Shown here: piece after piece, positions 19,144 through 30,214 of the stretch
Layout of the letters: the number at the start of each line of letters is the position of its first letter
How positions within the stretch are numbered: the first letter of the stretch is position 1
DNA from: Acidocella sp.
GTDB taxonomy: Bacteria > Pseudomonadota > Alphaproteobacteria > Acetobacterales > Acetobacteraceae
Direction: 5' to 3'
Length of the DNA stretch: 55,183 nucleotides
Assembly: GCF_028687955.1 (NCBI RefSeq)
Contig: NZ_JAQTZC010000002.1
Coordinates: forward strand, 1-55,183
Translations under genes and position numbers: made by a program
Notes under the pieces: model-generated
What the model saw: the letters and a program-made list of their open reading frames with translations, nothing else
Told to the model about the DNA's origin: nothing
Databases searched by the model: none

Positions 19144-21225
19144 ATGGCTGATTTCGACCTTGGCAAGATCCGCAATATCGGGATCACCGCGCATATTGAT
19201 GCCGGCAAAACCACCACAACCGAGCGGATTTTGTATTACACCGGCGTGTCGCACAAAATCGGCGAGGTGCATGACGGCAATACCACGACCGATTACATGG
19301 ACCAGGAGCGTGAGCGCGGCATCACCATCACCTCCGCGGCCGTGACCTGCGAGTGGAAAGACCACCGCATCAACATCATTGACACCCCCGGCCATATTGA
19401 CTTCAACATTGAAGTTAACCGCAGCTTGCGGGTGCTCGACGGCGCCATCTTCATCATCGAGGGCGTGGCCGGCGTGCAGCCGCAGTCCGAGACCAACTGG
19501 CGCCTGGCGGACCGTTACAACGTGCCACGCATCATCTTCATCAACAAGCTGGACCGTACCGGCGCGGATTTTTACCGCGCCTTCGCCACGTTGAAGGAGA
19601 AGCTGGACATCGTGGCGCTGCCCCTGCAGCTCCCCATCGGCATTGAGGACGGTTTCCTTGGCGTGGTCGACCTGATCGAGATGAAGGCGATCATCTGGGA
19701 AGGCGGCGAGCTGGGCGCGAAGTTCCATGACGAGGAAATCCCCGAGAACCTCAAGGCCCGGGCCGAGGAATACCGCCAGCTCCTGCTGGATACCGCGCTC
19801 TCGGTCGATACCGCGGCGATGGAAGAGTATTTCGACAAGGGCGATGTCTCCATCGAGACCCTGAAGCGCTGCATCAAGGCCGGCACCATCACCGGGGCCT
19901 TCCGCCCCGTGCTGTGCGGCACCGCCTTCAAGAACAAGGGCGTGCAGCCGCTGCTGGATGCCGTGCTTGATTATCTGCCGAGCCCGGTGGACGTTCCCGG
20001 CATCCGCGTTGCCCCGGAAGAAGGCCAGGAGGACGACCCGAACGCGCGCCGCATCAAGGCCGACCCGAACGCCCCGTTCTCCGGCCTCGCGTTCAAGATC
20101 ATCAACGACAAATACGGCACGCTGACCTTTGTGCGCGTGTATTCCGGCACGTTGAAGTCTTCCGACACGGTGATGAACACCACCAAGGGCCACCGCGAGC
20201 GTATTGGCCGCATGTTCCAGATGCACGCTGACAAGCGCGCGGAAATCAAGGAAGTGCACGCGGGCGACATCGCGGCTTTCGTCGGGCTGAAGGATACCGG
20301 CACCGGTGACACCCTGGCCGCCGCCGAGGACCCGGTGGTGCTGGAGCGCATGGCGTTCCCGGTTCCGGTGATCGACATTTCCGTCGAGCCGAAGACCAAG
20401 GAAGGCATCGAGAAGATGACCCTCGGCCTGCAGAAGCTGGCGGGTGAAGACCCTAGCCTGCGCCTGAAGACCGACCAGGAAACCGGCCAGACCATTCTCT
20501 CCGGGATGGGCGAGCTGCATCTGGAAATCATCATCGACCGTCTGCGCCGCGAATACGGCGTGGATGCCAACATCGGCGCGCCTCAGGTGGCGTATCGTGA
20601 GACGATTTCCAAGGCGCATACCGAGACCTACACCCACAAGAAGCAGTCCGGCGGGTCGGGCCAGTACGCTGAAGTCAAGATCATTTTCGAGCCGCAGGAG
20701 CGTAACGAGGGCGTCCTGTTCGAGAACAAGGTCGTCGGCGGCACGGTGCCGAAGGAATACATCCCGGCGGTGGAAAAAGGCATCCGCAACCAGGCTGAAA
20801 CCGGCGTGCTCGCGGGCTTCCCCACTGTGGACTTCAAGTACACCCTGGTTGACGGCAAGTACCATGACGTTGACTCGAGCGCCCTGGCATTCGAAATCGC
20901 CGCCAAGGCCTGCTTCCGCGAAGGCATGAAGAAAGCCAGCCCGATCATCCTCGAGCCGATTATGGATGTCGAAATCACCACCCCGCAGGACCATGTGGGC
21001 GACGTGGTGGGCGATTTGAACCGCCGCCGCGGCATGATCCAGAACCAGGAGTCCTCGGGCTCCACCATCATCGTGCGCGCGCATGTGCCGCTGAAGGAAA
21101 TGTTCGGCTACATTTCGCATCTGCGCTCCATGACCAAAGGCCGCGCCTCCTTCACCATGCAGTTCCATCACTACGATCCGGTGCCGCGCAACATCGCGGA
21201 CGAGATCATGGCGAAGAGCGCCTAA
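19144..21225 (+). CDS. fusA: Elongation factor G (stand-alone copy, outside the str operon)
   Basis: [38 protein letters not shown] and HDVDSS motifs; GGAGG SD. Confidence 0.97.
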   Translation: MADFDLGKIRNIGITAHIDAGKTTTTERILYYTGVSHKIGEVHDGNTTTDYMDQERERGITITSAAVTCEWKDHRINIIDTPGHIDFNIEVNRSLRVLDGAIFIIEGVAGVQPQSETNWRLADRYNVPRIIFINKLDRTGADFYRAFATLKEKLDIVALPLQLPIGIEDGFLGVVDLIEMKAIIWEGGELGAKFHDEEIPENLKARAEEYRQLLLDTALSVDTAAMEEYFDKGDVSIETLKRCIKAGTITGAFRPVLCGTAFKNKGVQPLLDAVLDYLPSPVDVPGIRVAPEEGQEDDPNARRIKADPNAPFSGLAFKIINDKYGTLTFVRVYSGTLKSSDTVMNTTKGHRERIGRMFQMHADKRAEIKEVHAGDIAAFVGLKDTGTGDTLAAAEDPVVLERMAFPVPVIDISVEPKTKEGIEKMTLGLQKLAGEDPSLRLKTDQETGQTILSGMGELHLEIIIDRLRREYGVDANIGAPQVAYRETISKAHTETYTHKKQSGGSGQYAEVKIIFEPQERNEGVLFENKVVGGTVPKEYIPAVEKGIRNQAETGVLAGFPTVDFKYTLVDGKYHDVDSSALAFEIAAKACFREGMKKASPIILEPIMDVEITTPQDHVGDVVGDLNRRRGMIQNQESSGSTIIVRAHVPLKEMFGYISHLRSMTKGRASFTMQFHHYDPVPRNIADEIMAKSA

Positions 21226-21244
21226 TTTTACAGTACTGACACTG

Positions 21245-21271
21245 AAAACGGCGCCTTCGGGCGCCGTTTTT
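21245..21271. terminator. Bidirectional intrinsic terminator (fusA / alkA)
   Basis: AAAACGGCGCC-TTCG-GGCGCCGTTTTT perfect stem with a UUCG loop. Confidence 0.9.
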
Positions 21272-21890
21272 ATTTGGCCTCTGGCTTGCCTAGATCCGCC
21301 GCCCGCCACAGATACAGCGCGGCCGTTGAGCGATACGGCGCCCACAACTCGCCAAGCCGTGCCAGCTCTTTTGGCTTGGGTTGCGCCGCCAGCCCATGCA
21401 GCAGCCGGTAACCCTCGCGCACGCCAAAATCATCCACGGGCAAAACATCCGGCCGGCGCAGGGTGAAGATCAGCAGCATTTCCACGGTCCATTGCCCCAC
21501 GCCGCGAATCGCCGTGAGCCGCCCGATCAGTTCGGAATCAGTGAGGCGCAGCGCGCGGGCGCGCGAGGGGATGGTGCCATCGGCCGCCTTGGCGGCAATG
21601 TCGCGCAGTGCCGCCATTTTGCTGGCGGAGAACCCGCAGCCGCGCAGGGCTTCCTCGGGCAGGGCCAGCATGGCCGCAGGGGACGGCAGGGCGCCACCGC
21701 TAAGCATTTTCAGCCTGCCCAGAATGGCCTCGGCGGCGCGGGCGTGGAGTTGCTGGTGCGCCACGGCGGAGAGCAGGGCAGGGTAAGGCTCGGAAAATTG
21801 GGGCGGATCGCGTTTGATCCGCCCGATCCGCCCGATATGCGCGCCTAAAAGGGGGTCGGCGGCGCTCAGATGGGCGATGGCTTTCCTCAT
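21270..21890 (-). CDS. alkA: DNA-3-methyladenine glycosylase II (AlkA/HhH-GPD family)
   Basis: HhH motif IRGVGQWT, LPVDD and WAPYRS. Confidence 0.85.
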   Translation of the reverse strand: MRKAIAHLSAADPLLGAHIGRIGRIKRDPPQFSEPYPALLSAVAHQQLHARAAEAILGRLKMLSGGALPSPAAMLALPEEALRGCGFSASKMAALRDIAAKAADGTIPSRARALRLTDSELIGRLTAIRGVGQWTVEMLLIFTLRRPDVLPVDDFGVREGYRLLHGLAAQPKPKELARLGELWAPYRSTAALYLWRAADLGKPEAK

Positions 21891-21905
21891 CGCCCACCCC
21901 GAACC

Positions 21906-23054
21906 TTATTCCGCTGCGACTCGCGCGGCTTTTTTCGCGTCGATTTCGGCCATTTTCGTCTCCACATGCTTGGAGAACACGAACTCGGCCTTGCGCGCCT
22001 TATCCAGCGGAATATCCTGCGCCATCGCGCCGTCCAGCTTCATGCCCTTGATCGCCAGCGCCGCCAGCTTCCAGGGTTTTTTCACTGAATCCATCACCGC
22101 GGTGGCCTCAAAACCGGAATGTACCATGCAGTCGGAGCATTTCTCATAATTGCCGACGCCGTATTTATCCCAGTCGGTGCTCTCCATCAGCTCCTTGTAG
22201 GTTTTGGCATAGCCTTCGCCCAGCAGGTAGCAGGGGCGCTGCCAGCCGAACACATTGCGCGTTGGGTTGCCCCAGGGGGTGCAGGCATAGCTCTGGTTGC
22301 CGGCCAAAAAGTCCAGAAACAGCGGGCTCTGGGTAAATTTCCACTTCTTGCCGCGCTTCTTGCTCTCCAGGCCGCGCTTGAAGATGGCCCGAAACAGCTC
22401 CTTGGTGCGGGTGCGGTTGAGGAAGTGCTCCTGGTCCGGCGCGCGCTCATAGGCGTAACCCGGCGAGGTCATCACGCCCTCAATGTCCATATCCGCGACG
22501 GTGTCGAGGAATGCCGCGACCCGGTCCGGGTCCGCGCCCTCGAACAGCGTGCAGTTGATGCTGGTGCGGAAGCCCTTGGCCTTGGAAAGCTGGATCGCCT
22601 CGACAGCGCGCTCATAAACCCCGTCCTGGTCGACGGATTTATCATGCATCTGCTTGTCGCCATCCAGGTGAATGTCCCAGCAGAAATTTTTGTGCGGCTT
22701 ATACTGGTCGATCTTCTTCTCCAGCAGCAGCGCGTTGGTGCAGAGAATCACGTATTTGCCCATTTTCAGATAGGCGTCCACGATCTGCGGCATCTCCTTG
22801 TGCAGCAGCGGCTCGCCGCCGGCGATGGCGATAATCGGCGCCGGGCACTCGCGCGCCGCCTCGATGGCATCCGCCACAGAAATCCGCTGGTTGAGAATAT
22901 CCGCCGGATAATCGATCTTCCCGCACCCGGAGCATGCCAGGTTGCAGCGGAACAGCGGTTCCAGCATCAACACCATCGGGTATCGCTTCACGCCGGTGAT
23001 ATGCTGCTTCACCACATAGGCGCCAACTTTAAGGGCCTGACTTAACGGAACCAT
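21906..23054 (-). CDS. hpnH: Adenosyl-hopene transferase (radical SAM)
   Basis: LEPLFRCNLACSGCGKI, CTPWGNPTRN and CMVHSGFE motifs. Confidence 0.95.
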   Translation of the reverse strand: MVPLSQALKVGAYVVKQHITGVKRYPMVLMLEPLFRCNLACSGCGKIDYPADILNQRISVADAIEAARECPAPIIAIAGGEPLLHKEMPQIVDAYLKMGKYVILCTNALLLEKKIDQYKPHKNFCWDIHLDGDKQMHDKSVDQDGVYERAVEAIQLSKAKGFRTSINCTLFEGADPDRVAAFLDTVADMDIEGVMTSPGYAYERAPDQEHFLNRTRTKELFRAIFKRGLESKKRGKKWKFTQSPLFLDFLAGNQSYACTPWGNPTRNVFGWQRPCYLLGEGYAKTYKELMESTDWDKYGVGNYEKCSDCMVHSGFEATAVMDSVKKPWKLAALAIKGMKLDGAMAQDIPLDKARKAEFVFSKHVETKMAEIDAKKAARVAAE

Positions 23055-23065
23055 GTTTGCTGTCC

Positions 23066-24019
23066 TTAGACTTCGGCCACTTCGGCCGGTAATTTGAATT
23101 TCACGTCTTCCGGCGTACCGGCCAGCAGCTCGATTTTTACCTGGCCGAACTGCCGCAGGCCTTCGATTACGCCTTGCACCAGCACTTCCGGCGCGGAGGC
23201 GCCCGCGGTGAGACCGACGGTGCGAATTCCCTCGAACCACGACGCCTGCAGATGCGCCGCATCGTCAATCAGGTAGCTCGGCCGGCCAAGCTCGGCGCCG
23301 ATCTCCTGCAGGCGCTTGGAGTTGGAGGAATTCTTGCTGCCCACCACCAGAATCAGGTCCACCAGCTCGGCCAGGTGATGCACCGCCTCCTGGCGGTTCT
23401 GGGTGGCGTAGCAGATATCGCGTACATCCGGCCCCACGATGACGGGAAAACGCGCCTTCAGCGCAGCGATGATCCCGCGCGTATCATCCACCGAGAGCGT
23501 GGTCTGGGTGATGTAGGAGAGTTTCTCGGGGGTTTTTACCTGGAGCGCCGTGGCGTCCTCAACCGTCTGCACCAGGTAAACTGTACCGTCGATCTGGCCG
23601 ATCGTGCCCTCAACCTCGGCGTGTCCGGCGTGGCCGATCAGCACGATCTCGCGGCCCTGCCCGGCGTAGCGGCGGCCTTCGGCATGCACCTTGGCGACCA
23701 GCGGGCAGGTGGCGTCAATCACCGGAAGTTCACGGGTTTTGGCGGCATTCTCCACCTTCCGGGCCACGCCGTGGGCGGAAAACACGGTCATCGCGCCATC
23801 GGGCACCTCGTCGAGCTCGTCCACGAACACGGCGCCGCGCGCCCGCAGGTCCTCCACCACATGGCGGTTATGCACAATTTCATGACGCACATAAATCGGC
23901 GGGCCGAATTTCACCAGCGCGCGTTCCACGATATCGATCGCGCGCTCCACCCCGGCGCAAAAGCCCCGGGGCTGCGCCAGTATCACACGCATCGATTTGG
24001 GAGGGGTTGTGCCGTCCAT
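23066..24019 (-). CDS. ispH: 4-hydroxy-3-methylbut-2-enyl diphosphate reductase
   Basis: [32 protein letters not shown] and GASAP motifs. Confidence 0.97.
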   Translation of the reverse strand: MDGTTPPKSMRVILAQPRGFCAGVERAIDIVERALVKFGPPIYVRHEIVHNRHVVEDLRARGAVFVDELDEVPDGAMTVFSAHGVARKVENAAKTRELPVIDATCPLVAKVHAEGRRYAGQGREIVLIGHAGHAEVEGTIGQIDGTVYLVQTVEDATALQVKTPEKLSYITQTTLSVDDTRGIIAALKARFPVIVGPDVRDICYATQNRQEAVHHLAELVDLILVVGSKNSSNSKRLQEIGAELGRPSYLIDDAAHLQASWFEGIRTVGLTAGASAPEVLVQGVIEGLRQFGQVKIELLAGTPEDVKFKLPAEVAEV

Positions 24020-24331
24020 CTTAAGAATCCTGTTGCCGGTCTGTCACGCTGTTCATCTTTCTGATAGGTGCATTAGGTCATTGCCTGCCAATTCCGCAAG
24101 CAGCAGTGTAAGGTGTACCTTCATACCTGCTCTTCCGCGGCTGAACAAATCGGGCTGGCAGCGGGTTAAGGGGCGCTGGCAATTCGGTTGCGTGTCGCTT
24201 ATGTGGCAGTAAATGAACGGTGAACCGGACGCTGTGCCTCTGCTGACACAGGTTTTGGTTATTTGGTTTGAGTGAAGGATAAAGAAGATAATGCGGATAA
24301 CACTGGCGCGGCGTACCGGAGGATTGATCTG

Positions 24332-26263
24332 ATGCCGCCGCGCACACCGCTTCTGGACCGGGTGAAATTCCCCTCCGACATGCGTAACCTTTCCGCCGAA
24401 CAGCTCAAGCAGCTGGCTGATGAGTTGCGCGCCGAGACCATCGACACCGTTTCCGTCACCGGCGGGCATCTGGGCTCCTCGCTTGGCGTGGTGGAACTCA
24501 CCGTCGCCATCCATGCGGTGTTCGAGACCCCGCGGGACCGGCTGATCTGGGATGTCGGCCACCAGACCTACCCGCATAAAATCCTCACCGGCCGGCGCGA
24601 TCGTATCCGCACCCTGCGTCAGCCGGGCGGGCTCTCGGGCTTCACCCGCCGCTCGGAGAGCGAGTACGACCCCTTCGGCGCCGCCCATTCCTCCACCTCC
24701 ATCTCCGCCGGGCTAGGCATGGCCGTGGCGCGCGACCTGAAGCACGAAGCAGACCCGCGCAATGTCATCGCCGTCATCGGCGATGGCTCGATGAGTGCCG
24801 GCATGGCCTATGAGGCGATGAACAACGCCGGGGCCATGAAGTCCCGCCTCATCGTCATCCTCAACGATAACGACATGTCGATCGCCCCGCCGGTCGGCGC
24901 CATGAGCGCGTATCTCTCCAAGCTGATTTCCTCACGCAGCTTCATGTCCCTGCGCGACTTTGCGGCCAAAATGGCGAAGCGCTTCCCCCGCACGCTGGAG
25001 CGCACCGCGCGCCGCGCCGAGGAATACGCCCGCGGCATCCTCACCGGCGGCACCTTGTTTGAGGAGCTGGGCTTTTATTATGTCGGCCCGGTGGACGGCC
25101 ATAACCTTGAGCATTTGCTCCCCGTGCTCCGCAATATCCGCGATTCCGACAGCCACGAGCCGGTTTTGCTGCATGTTGTCACACAAAAGGGCAAGGGCTA
25201 TGCCCCGGCCGAGGCGGCGGCGGACAAATACCACGGCGTCTCCAAGTTCAACGTCGTCACCGGTGAGCAGAACAAGGCCCCGCCCGGCCCGCCGAGCTAC
25301 ACCAACGTGTTCGCCAAGGCGCTGATCGCCGAGGCAGAAGCCAACCCCAACATCGTCGCCATCACCGCCGCCATGCCGCCGGGCACCGGGCTGGACAAGT
25401 TCGAGGCCAAATTCCCCGGCCGCATGTTCGATGTCGGCATCGCCGAGCAGCACGCGGTCACCTTCGCGGCCGGCATGGCGACCGAGGGCATGGCGCCCTT
25501 CTGCGCGATCTATTCCACCTTCCTGCAGCGTGGCTATGACCAGCTGGTGCATGATGTGGTGCTGCAATCGCTCCCGGTGCGCTTCGCGATGGACCGCGCC
25601 GGCATGGTCGGGGCCGACGGCGCGACCCATGCGGGTATTTATGATCTCTGCTTCCTCGGGCCGATGCCGCGCATGATCATCATGGCCCCCTCAGATGAGG
25701 CCGAGCTGATGCATGCCGTCGCCACCGCCGCCGCGATTGACGATCGCCCCTCCGCTTTCCGCTACCCGCGCGGCGAGGGCTTGGGCGTCGCTCTGCCCGC
25801 GCGCGGCGCGCCGTGGGAAATCGGCAAGGGCCGTATTGTGCGTGAGGGCGGCAAGGTCGCCATCCTCGCCCTTGGCCCGCGCTTGGCCGACGCCCTGCGC
25901 GCCGCCGACGAGCTGACCGCCCGCGGCTTTCCCACCACGGTTGCTGACGCCCGCTTCATGAAGCCGCTGGATATCGAGCTGGTAAGTCAGCTTGCCCGCC
26001 ACCATGAGGTTCTCATCACCATCGAGGACGGCGCCGCCGGCGGTTTCAGCGCCGCTGTCGGGCATTACCTCGCCTGGAGCGGCGTGTTCGACTCGGGGCT
26101 GAAATTCCGGCCGATGACGTTGCCTGACAGGTTGATCGATCACAACACCCCGGTGGCGCAGCTGATCGATGCGGGGCTGACCACGGCTGACATCGTGGCG
26201 CATGCGATTGCGGCGCTGGGGGCGGAGACGCACTACGATCTGGTCGCAATTCCGGCACAGTGA
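24332..26263 (+). CDS. dxs: 1-deoxy-D-xylulose-5-phosphate synthase
   Basis: [20 protein letters not shown]...NDN and DVGIAEQH motifs; GGAGG SD before ATG 24332. Confidence 0.97.
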   Translation: MPPRTPLLDRVKFPSDMRNLSAEQLKQLADELRAETIDTVSVTGGHLGSSLGVVELTVAIHAVFETPRDRLIWDVGHQTYPHKILTGRRDRIRTLRQPGGLSGFTRRSESEYDPFGAAHSSTSISAGLGMAVARDLKHEADPRNVIAVIGDGSMSAGMAYEAMNNAGAMKSRLIVILNDNDMSIAPPVGAMSAYLSKLISSRSFMSLRDFAAKMAKRFPRTLERTARRAEEYARGILTGGTLFEELGFYYVGPVDGHNLEHLLPVLRNIRDSDSHEPVLLHVVTQKGKGYAPAEAAADKYHGVSKFNVVTGEQNKAPPGPPSYTNVFAKALIAEAEANPNIVAITAAMPPGTGLDKFEAKFPGRMFDVGIAEQHAVTFAAGMATEGMAPFCAIYSTFLQRGYDQLVHDVVLQSLPVRFAMDRAGMVGADGATHAGIYDLCFLGPMPRMIIMAPSDEAELMHAVATAAAIDDRPSAFRYPRGEGLGVALPARGAPWEIGKGRIVREGGKVAILALGPRLADALRAADELTARGFPTTVADARFMKPLDIELVSQLARHHEVLITIEDGAAGGFSAAVGHYLAWSGVFDSGLKFRPMTLPDRLIDHNTPVAQLIDAGLTTADIVAHAIAALGAETHYDLVAIPAQ

Positions 26264-26280
26264 GCAGCGATTATCACGCC

Positions 26281-26907
26281 ATGAAAAATCTGTTTCGCAG
26301 CGCCGCGCTGGTTCTGGCGCTTGGATTCCCTCTGGCCGCCACGGCCGCCCCTCCGGAGGCGGCGCCGGTGAGCGCGCTGGACGCCGCGCTGCTGGCCACC
26401 ATGAAAGCAGGCAGCGCCGGGCAGAGCTTCGCCGCGCGTTATGCGGCGCTGGACCCGGTGGTGAGGCAGACCTACAATCTGCCCCTGGTCACGCAAAATT
26501 CTGTCGGCTTCTCCTGGGCCACCCTGCCGGCCGCGCAGCAAAAGCAGCTCAGGGCGCTTTTTGAGCAGTTCACGGTGGCCAGCTATGTTAGCCAGTTCAA
26601 GGGCGAGGGCGCCAAATTCGTTCTGCTGCCCGCCGAAAAATCCCTAGGCGCGAGCAAGATCGTGGAAACCCAGATCGTCCCGGCTGACGGGAGCGCGCCG
26701 ACTGAGATTGACTACGTCGTCGCCAACGGCCCCGCTGGCTGGCAGATCACCGATGTGCTGTTGGATGGCACCATCAGCCAGGTCGCCGTCCATGCGTCGG
26801 ATTTCAGCGCGCTGGTCAGTGGCGGCGACGCCGTGAGGCTGATCGCGGCGCTGCGGGCCAAGATCACCACGCTTTCCGGTGGCACTCTCACCCCCAGCGG
26901 CCAGTAA
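26281..26907 (+). CDS. hpnM: HpnM/MlaC (Ttg2D)-family hopanoid-associated periplasmic protein
   Basis: Signal peptide and WQITDVLLDGTISQ motif; lies in the hopanoid cluster. Confidence 0.8.
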   Translation: MKNLFRSAALVLALGFPLAATAAPPEAAPVSALDAALLATMKAGSAGQSFAARYAALDPVVRQTYNLPLVTQNSVGFSWATLPAAQQKQLRALFEQFTVASYVSQFKGEGAKFVLLPAEKSLGASKIVETQIVPADGSAPTEIDYVVANGPAGWQITDVLLDGTISQVAVHASDFSALVSGGDAVRLIAALRAKITTLSGGTLTPSGQ

Positions 26908-28036
26908 GTTGCACATTCTCGCCGGGATTGCCGGGTTCTGTGCGCTCATCGGCGTGGCGCAGTTGCTCATCGGCACGGAGTTGATCCGCCGCTTCTGCGC
27001 TGCACCCGCGCCGGTGCCGTCCGCCTATCCGCCGGTTTCCATCCTCAAGCCGCTCTGCGGGGTGGAGCCGCTCACCGAGCTGGCGCTGGAGTCGTTTTTT
27101 CTCATTGAATACCCGCAATTCCAGCTGGTATTCGGCGTGCAGAGCCCGGTTGACCCGGTGCTGGAAGTTGTTGAGAAGCTGCGCGCCCGCTACCCGGATC
27201 GCGATGTCGCCGTGGTGGTGGATGACACTTTGCACGGCGCTAACCGCAAGGTTTCCAACCTTATCAACATGTATCCCGCCGCCCGGTACGAGACGCTGGT
27301 GATGTCGGACGCCGATATCCACGTCCCGCCCTATTTCCTCGACCGTGTGGTGGCGGCGATGGCCGAGCCCGGCGTGGGGCTGGTGACCACGCTTTACACC
27401 GGCCTGCCGGGCACGCCGCACCTGGCGACGCTGATGGGCGCCAACCAGATCAACTACACCTTCCTGCCCGGCGCCCTGCTGGCGCGCAAGCTCGGCCGCC
27501 AGGATTGCCTGGGCGTGACCATGGCGCTCACCAAAACCGTGCTGGCACAGGTGGGCGGGCTGGCCGCGGTGGCCGATAATCTGGCCGATGACCAGGTGCT
27601 GGGCCGGCTGGTGGTTGCCCGCGGCTACAAACTCACCCTGGCGCAGGTCATCCCGGCGACAACCGTGCCCGAGCACGATTTTGCCGTGCTGTTCCGCCAC
27701 GAGCTGCGCTGGGCGCGCACCATCCGCGCGCTGGTGCCGGTGTCCTATGCCGCCTCGGTGCTGCAGATCTCGCTGTTCTGGTGCCTGCTCGCCCTGGTGT
27801 TTTCCGGCGGGGCGGCCTGGGCCTGGATATTGCTCATGGCCGTGCTGGGCGTCCGCTATGCGGCCGCGCGCGCCATCGATTCCGCCCTCGGGCTTGCCAA
27901 AGCCGGTGATGCGTGGCTTTTCCTGGTGCGTGATTTTTGTTCTTTTGTTATTTATGTTGCCAGTTTTACAGGTGACAAAGTCCACTGGCGTGGCCAGATC
28001 ATGCAAGCCGACGCCGGCAAAATATTGCCGCATTGA
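26879..28036 (+). CDS. hpnI: Bacteriohopanetetrol glucosamine glycosyltransferase
   Basis: VSILKPLCG, NRKVSNL, SDAD, LADD and HELRWARTIR (GT21-type) motifs; precedes hpnJ. Confidence 0.9.
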   Translation: MALSPPAASKLHILAGIAGFCALIGVAQLLIGTELIRRFCAAPAPVPSAYPPVSILKPLCGVEPLTELALESFFLIEYPQFQLVFGVQSPVDPVLEVVEKLRARYPDRDVAVVVDDTLHGANRKVSNLINMYPAARYETLVMSDADIHVPPYFLDRVVAAMAEPGVGLVTTLYTGLPGTPHLATLMGANQINYTFLPGALLARKLGRQDCLGVTMALTKTVLAQVGGLAAVADNLADDQVLGRLVVARGYKLTLAQVIPATTVPEHDFAVLFRHELRWARTIRALVPVSYAASVLQISLFWCLLALVFSGGAAWAWILLMAVLGVRYAAARAIDSALGLAKAGDAWLFLVRDFCSFVIYVASFTGDKVHWRGQIMQADAGKILPH

Positions 28037-28053
28037 AAAGAGAAGAATTAACC

Positions 28054-29478
28054 ATGTTGAAGACCTTGTTTTTGCAGCCGCCCTCCTTTGATGGTTTCGA
28101 TGGAGGTGCTGGCTCGCGTTATCAGGCGCGGCGCGAGATCAAATCTTTCTGGTTCCCCACCTGGCTGGCCCAGCCTGCCGCGCTGCTGCCAGATTCCACG
28201 CTGATCGACGCCCCCCCCGCGCGCCTGACCATGGCCGATGTGCTCCCCCACGCCAAAACCCATGGCCTGCTGATCATTCATACCTCCACCCCCTCCTTCG
28301 GCAACGATGTGAAGGTGGCCGAAGCCTTCAAGGCGGAAAACCCGGATATCATGATCGGCTTCGTCGGCGCCAAGGTCGCGGTGCAGCCCGAGGAATCGCT
28401 GAGCCGCGCGAAGGTGATCGATTTTGTCGCCGGCAACGAGTTTGATTTCACCATCAAGGAAATCGCCGAAGGACGGCCGCTGGCCGAGGTTGACGGTATT
28501 ATGTACCGCGATGCCGCCGGCGCACTGATCAAAAACAAGGATCGCGCGATCCTGCACGACATGGACCAGCTGCCCTTCGTCACCGAGGTTTATGCCAAGC
28601 ATCTGCGCATCGAGGATTATTTCATCGGTTACCTCAAGCACCCCTATGTCTCCATCTACACCGGGCGCGGCTGCAAATCGCATTGCACCTTCTGCCTGTG
28701 GCCGCAGACGGTCGGCGGGCATAAATACCGCACCCGCTCGGTGGCGAACGTCATCGCCGAGATCAAGCGCGCCAAGGAGCTTTTTCCGCAGGTCGAGGAG
28801 TTCATGTTCGATGATGACACCTTCACCGATGACCTGCCCCGCGCCGAAGCCATCGCGATCGAGCTGGGCAAGCTCGGCGTCACCTGGTCGTGCAACGCGA
28901 AGGCGAATGTGCCGTACAAGACCCTGAAAATACTGAAGGAAAATGGCCTGCGCCTGCTGCTCGTCGGCTACGAGAGCGGCAACCAGCAGATCCTCCACAA
29001 CATCAAAAAAGGCATGCGCATCGACGTTGCCAAGCGCTTCACCGCGGACTGCCACAAGCTCGGCATCAAAATTCACGGCACCTTCATCGTCGGCCTGCCC
29101 GGCGAGACGCAGGAAACCCTGAAGGAGACGGTGGAATTCGCCAAGGAGATCAATCCGCACACCATCCAGGTTTCGTTGGCGGCGCCTTACCCCGGCACCT
29201 TCCTCTACAACCAGGCGGTGAAGGAAGGCTGGCTCGACATCGAGCACGCGGAACTGATCGATGAGCACGGCGTGCAGATCGCCCCGTTGCACTACCCGCA
29301 TCTGAGCCATCAGGAAATCTTCAACTCGGTGGAAATCATCTACCGCAAGTTCTATTTCCGGCCGTCGAAAATCCTCTCCATCCTGAACGAGATGCTGCGC
29401 AGTCCGCAGATGATGAAACGCCGCCTGCGCGAGGGTGTGGAGTTCTTTGCGTTCCTGAAAGAGCGCAAAGCGGCATAA
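28054..29478 (+). CDS. hpnJ: Hopanoid radical SAM protein HpnJ
   Basis: PPSFDGFDGGAGSRYQ N-terminus and GRGCKSHCTFC cluster motif. Confidence 0.95.
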   Translation: MLKTLFLQPPSFDGFDGGAGSRYQARREIKSFWFPTWLAQPAALLPDSTLIDAPPARLTMADVLPHAKTHGLLIIHTSTPSFGNDVKVAEAFKAENPDIMIGFVGAKVAVQPEESLSRAKVIDFVAGNEFDFTIKEIAEGRPLAEVDGIMYRDAAGALIKNKDRAILHDMDQLPFVTEVYAKHLRIEDYFIGYLKHPYVSIYTGRGCKSHCTFCLWPQTVGGHKYRTRSVANVIAEIKRAKELFPQVEEFMFDDDTFTDDLPRAEAIAIELGKLGVTWSCNAKANVPYKTLKILKENGLRLLLVGYESGNQQILHNIKKGMRIDVAKRFTADCHKLGIKIHGTFIVGLPGETQETLKETVEFAKEINPHTIQVSLAAPYPGTFLYNQAVKEGWLDIEHAELIDEHGVQIAPLHYPHLSHQEIFNSVEIIYRKFYFRPSKILSILNEMLRSPQMMKRRLREGVEFFAFLKERKAA

Positions 29479-30111
29479 ATGCTGGCGCCAGACCGCAAGG
29501 TCAAAATCTGCGGCGTCAACAGCCCCGCCGCGTTCGATGCGGTGGTGGAAGCCGGCGCGGATTACCTGGGTTTCGTCTTCTTCCCGCGCTCGCCGCGCTA
29601 CGTCACGCCCGGCGAGGCGGCGGCGCTCGCGGCCCGTCAAGCGGGCGGACCGCGGCGTGTCGGCCTGTTCGTGAACCCGGGGCTCGATGAAATCGATGAA
29701 ATCCTGCAACAGGTCCCGCTCGATGTTTTACAGGTTTATGCCCCGGCTGAGGCCATAGCCGCGCTGCGTAACCGTTTTGGCCGCCCGGTGTGGCGCGCGC
29801 TCGGGATCGCAACGCCGGCGGATTTTCCGGTGCCGAAGGAGGTGGCCGACGGCTATGTGGTGGAAGCCAAGCCCCCGCCGGGCGCCACTCGCCCTGGCGG
29901 CAACGCCGTGCTGGCGGACTGGCATCTTCTCTCCACTTGGCGGGCCCAGAAATTCTGGCTTCTGGCCGGCGGGCTGACACCTGACAATGTTGCCGCCGCG
30001 TTGGCGCAGACCAACGCCCCTGGGGCGGATGTGTCCTCCGGCGTGGAGAGCGCACCTGGCGAAAAATCCCCTGAGCTGATCCGCCGCTTCGTCGCCGCCG
30101 TCCGCGGATAG
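29479..30111 (+). CDS. trpF: Phosphoribosylanthranilate isomerase
   Basis: VKICG, SPRYV, LAGGL and DVSSGVE motifs. Confidence 0.95.
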   Translation: MLAPDRKVKICGVNSPAAFDAVVEAGADYLGFVFFPRSPRYVTPGEAAALAARQAGGPRRVGLFVNPGLDEIDEILQQVPLDVLQVYAPAEAIAALRNRFGRPVWRALGIATPADFPVPKEVADGYVVEAKPPPGATRPGGNAVLADWHLLSTWRAQKFWLLAGGLTPDNVAAALAQTNAPGADVSSGVESAPGEKSPELIRRFVAAVRG

Positions 30112-30214
30112 GCGCGGGTAGGGCGTCATATTCCAGCCTTAGTCGGGGCGGAATCACGCCGCATTGCGCGCCGATAGTGAAATTCTCGATTTTGTTTTCA
30201 TGGGAGTTTACGCG

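Noticed and set aside
18697-21345. 882-aa minus-strand ORF
   Set aside because: Antisense shadow of fusA.
24020-24331. ncRNA, riboswitch or small ORF in the ispH-dxs intergenic region
   Set aside because: No recognisable aptamer motif, strong hairpin or convincing ORF; most likely divergent promoters.
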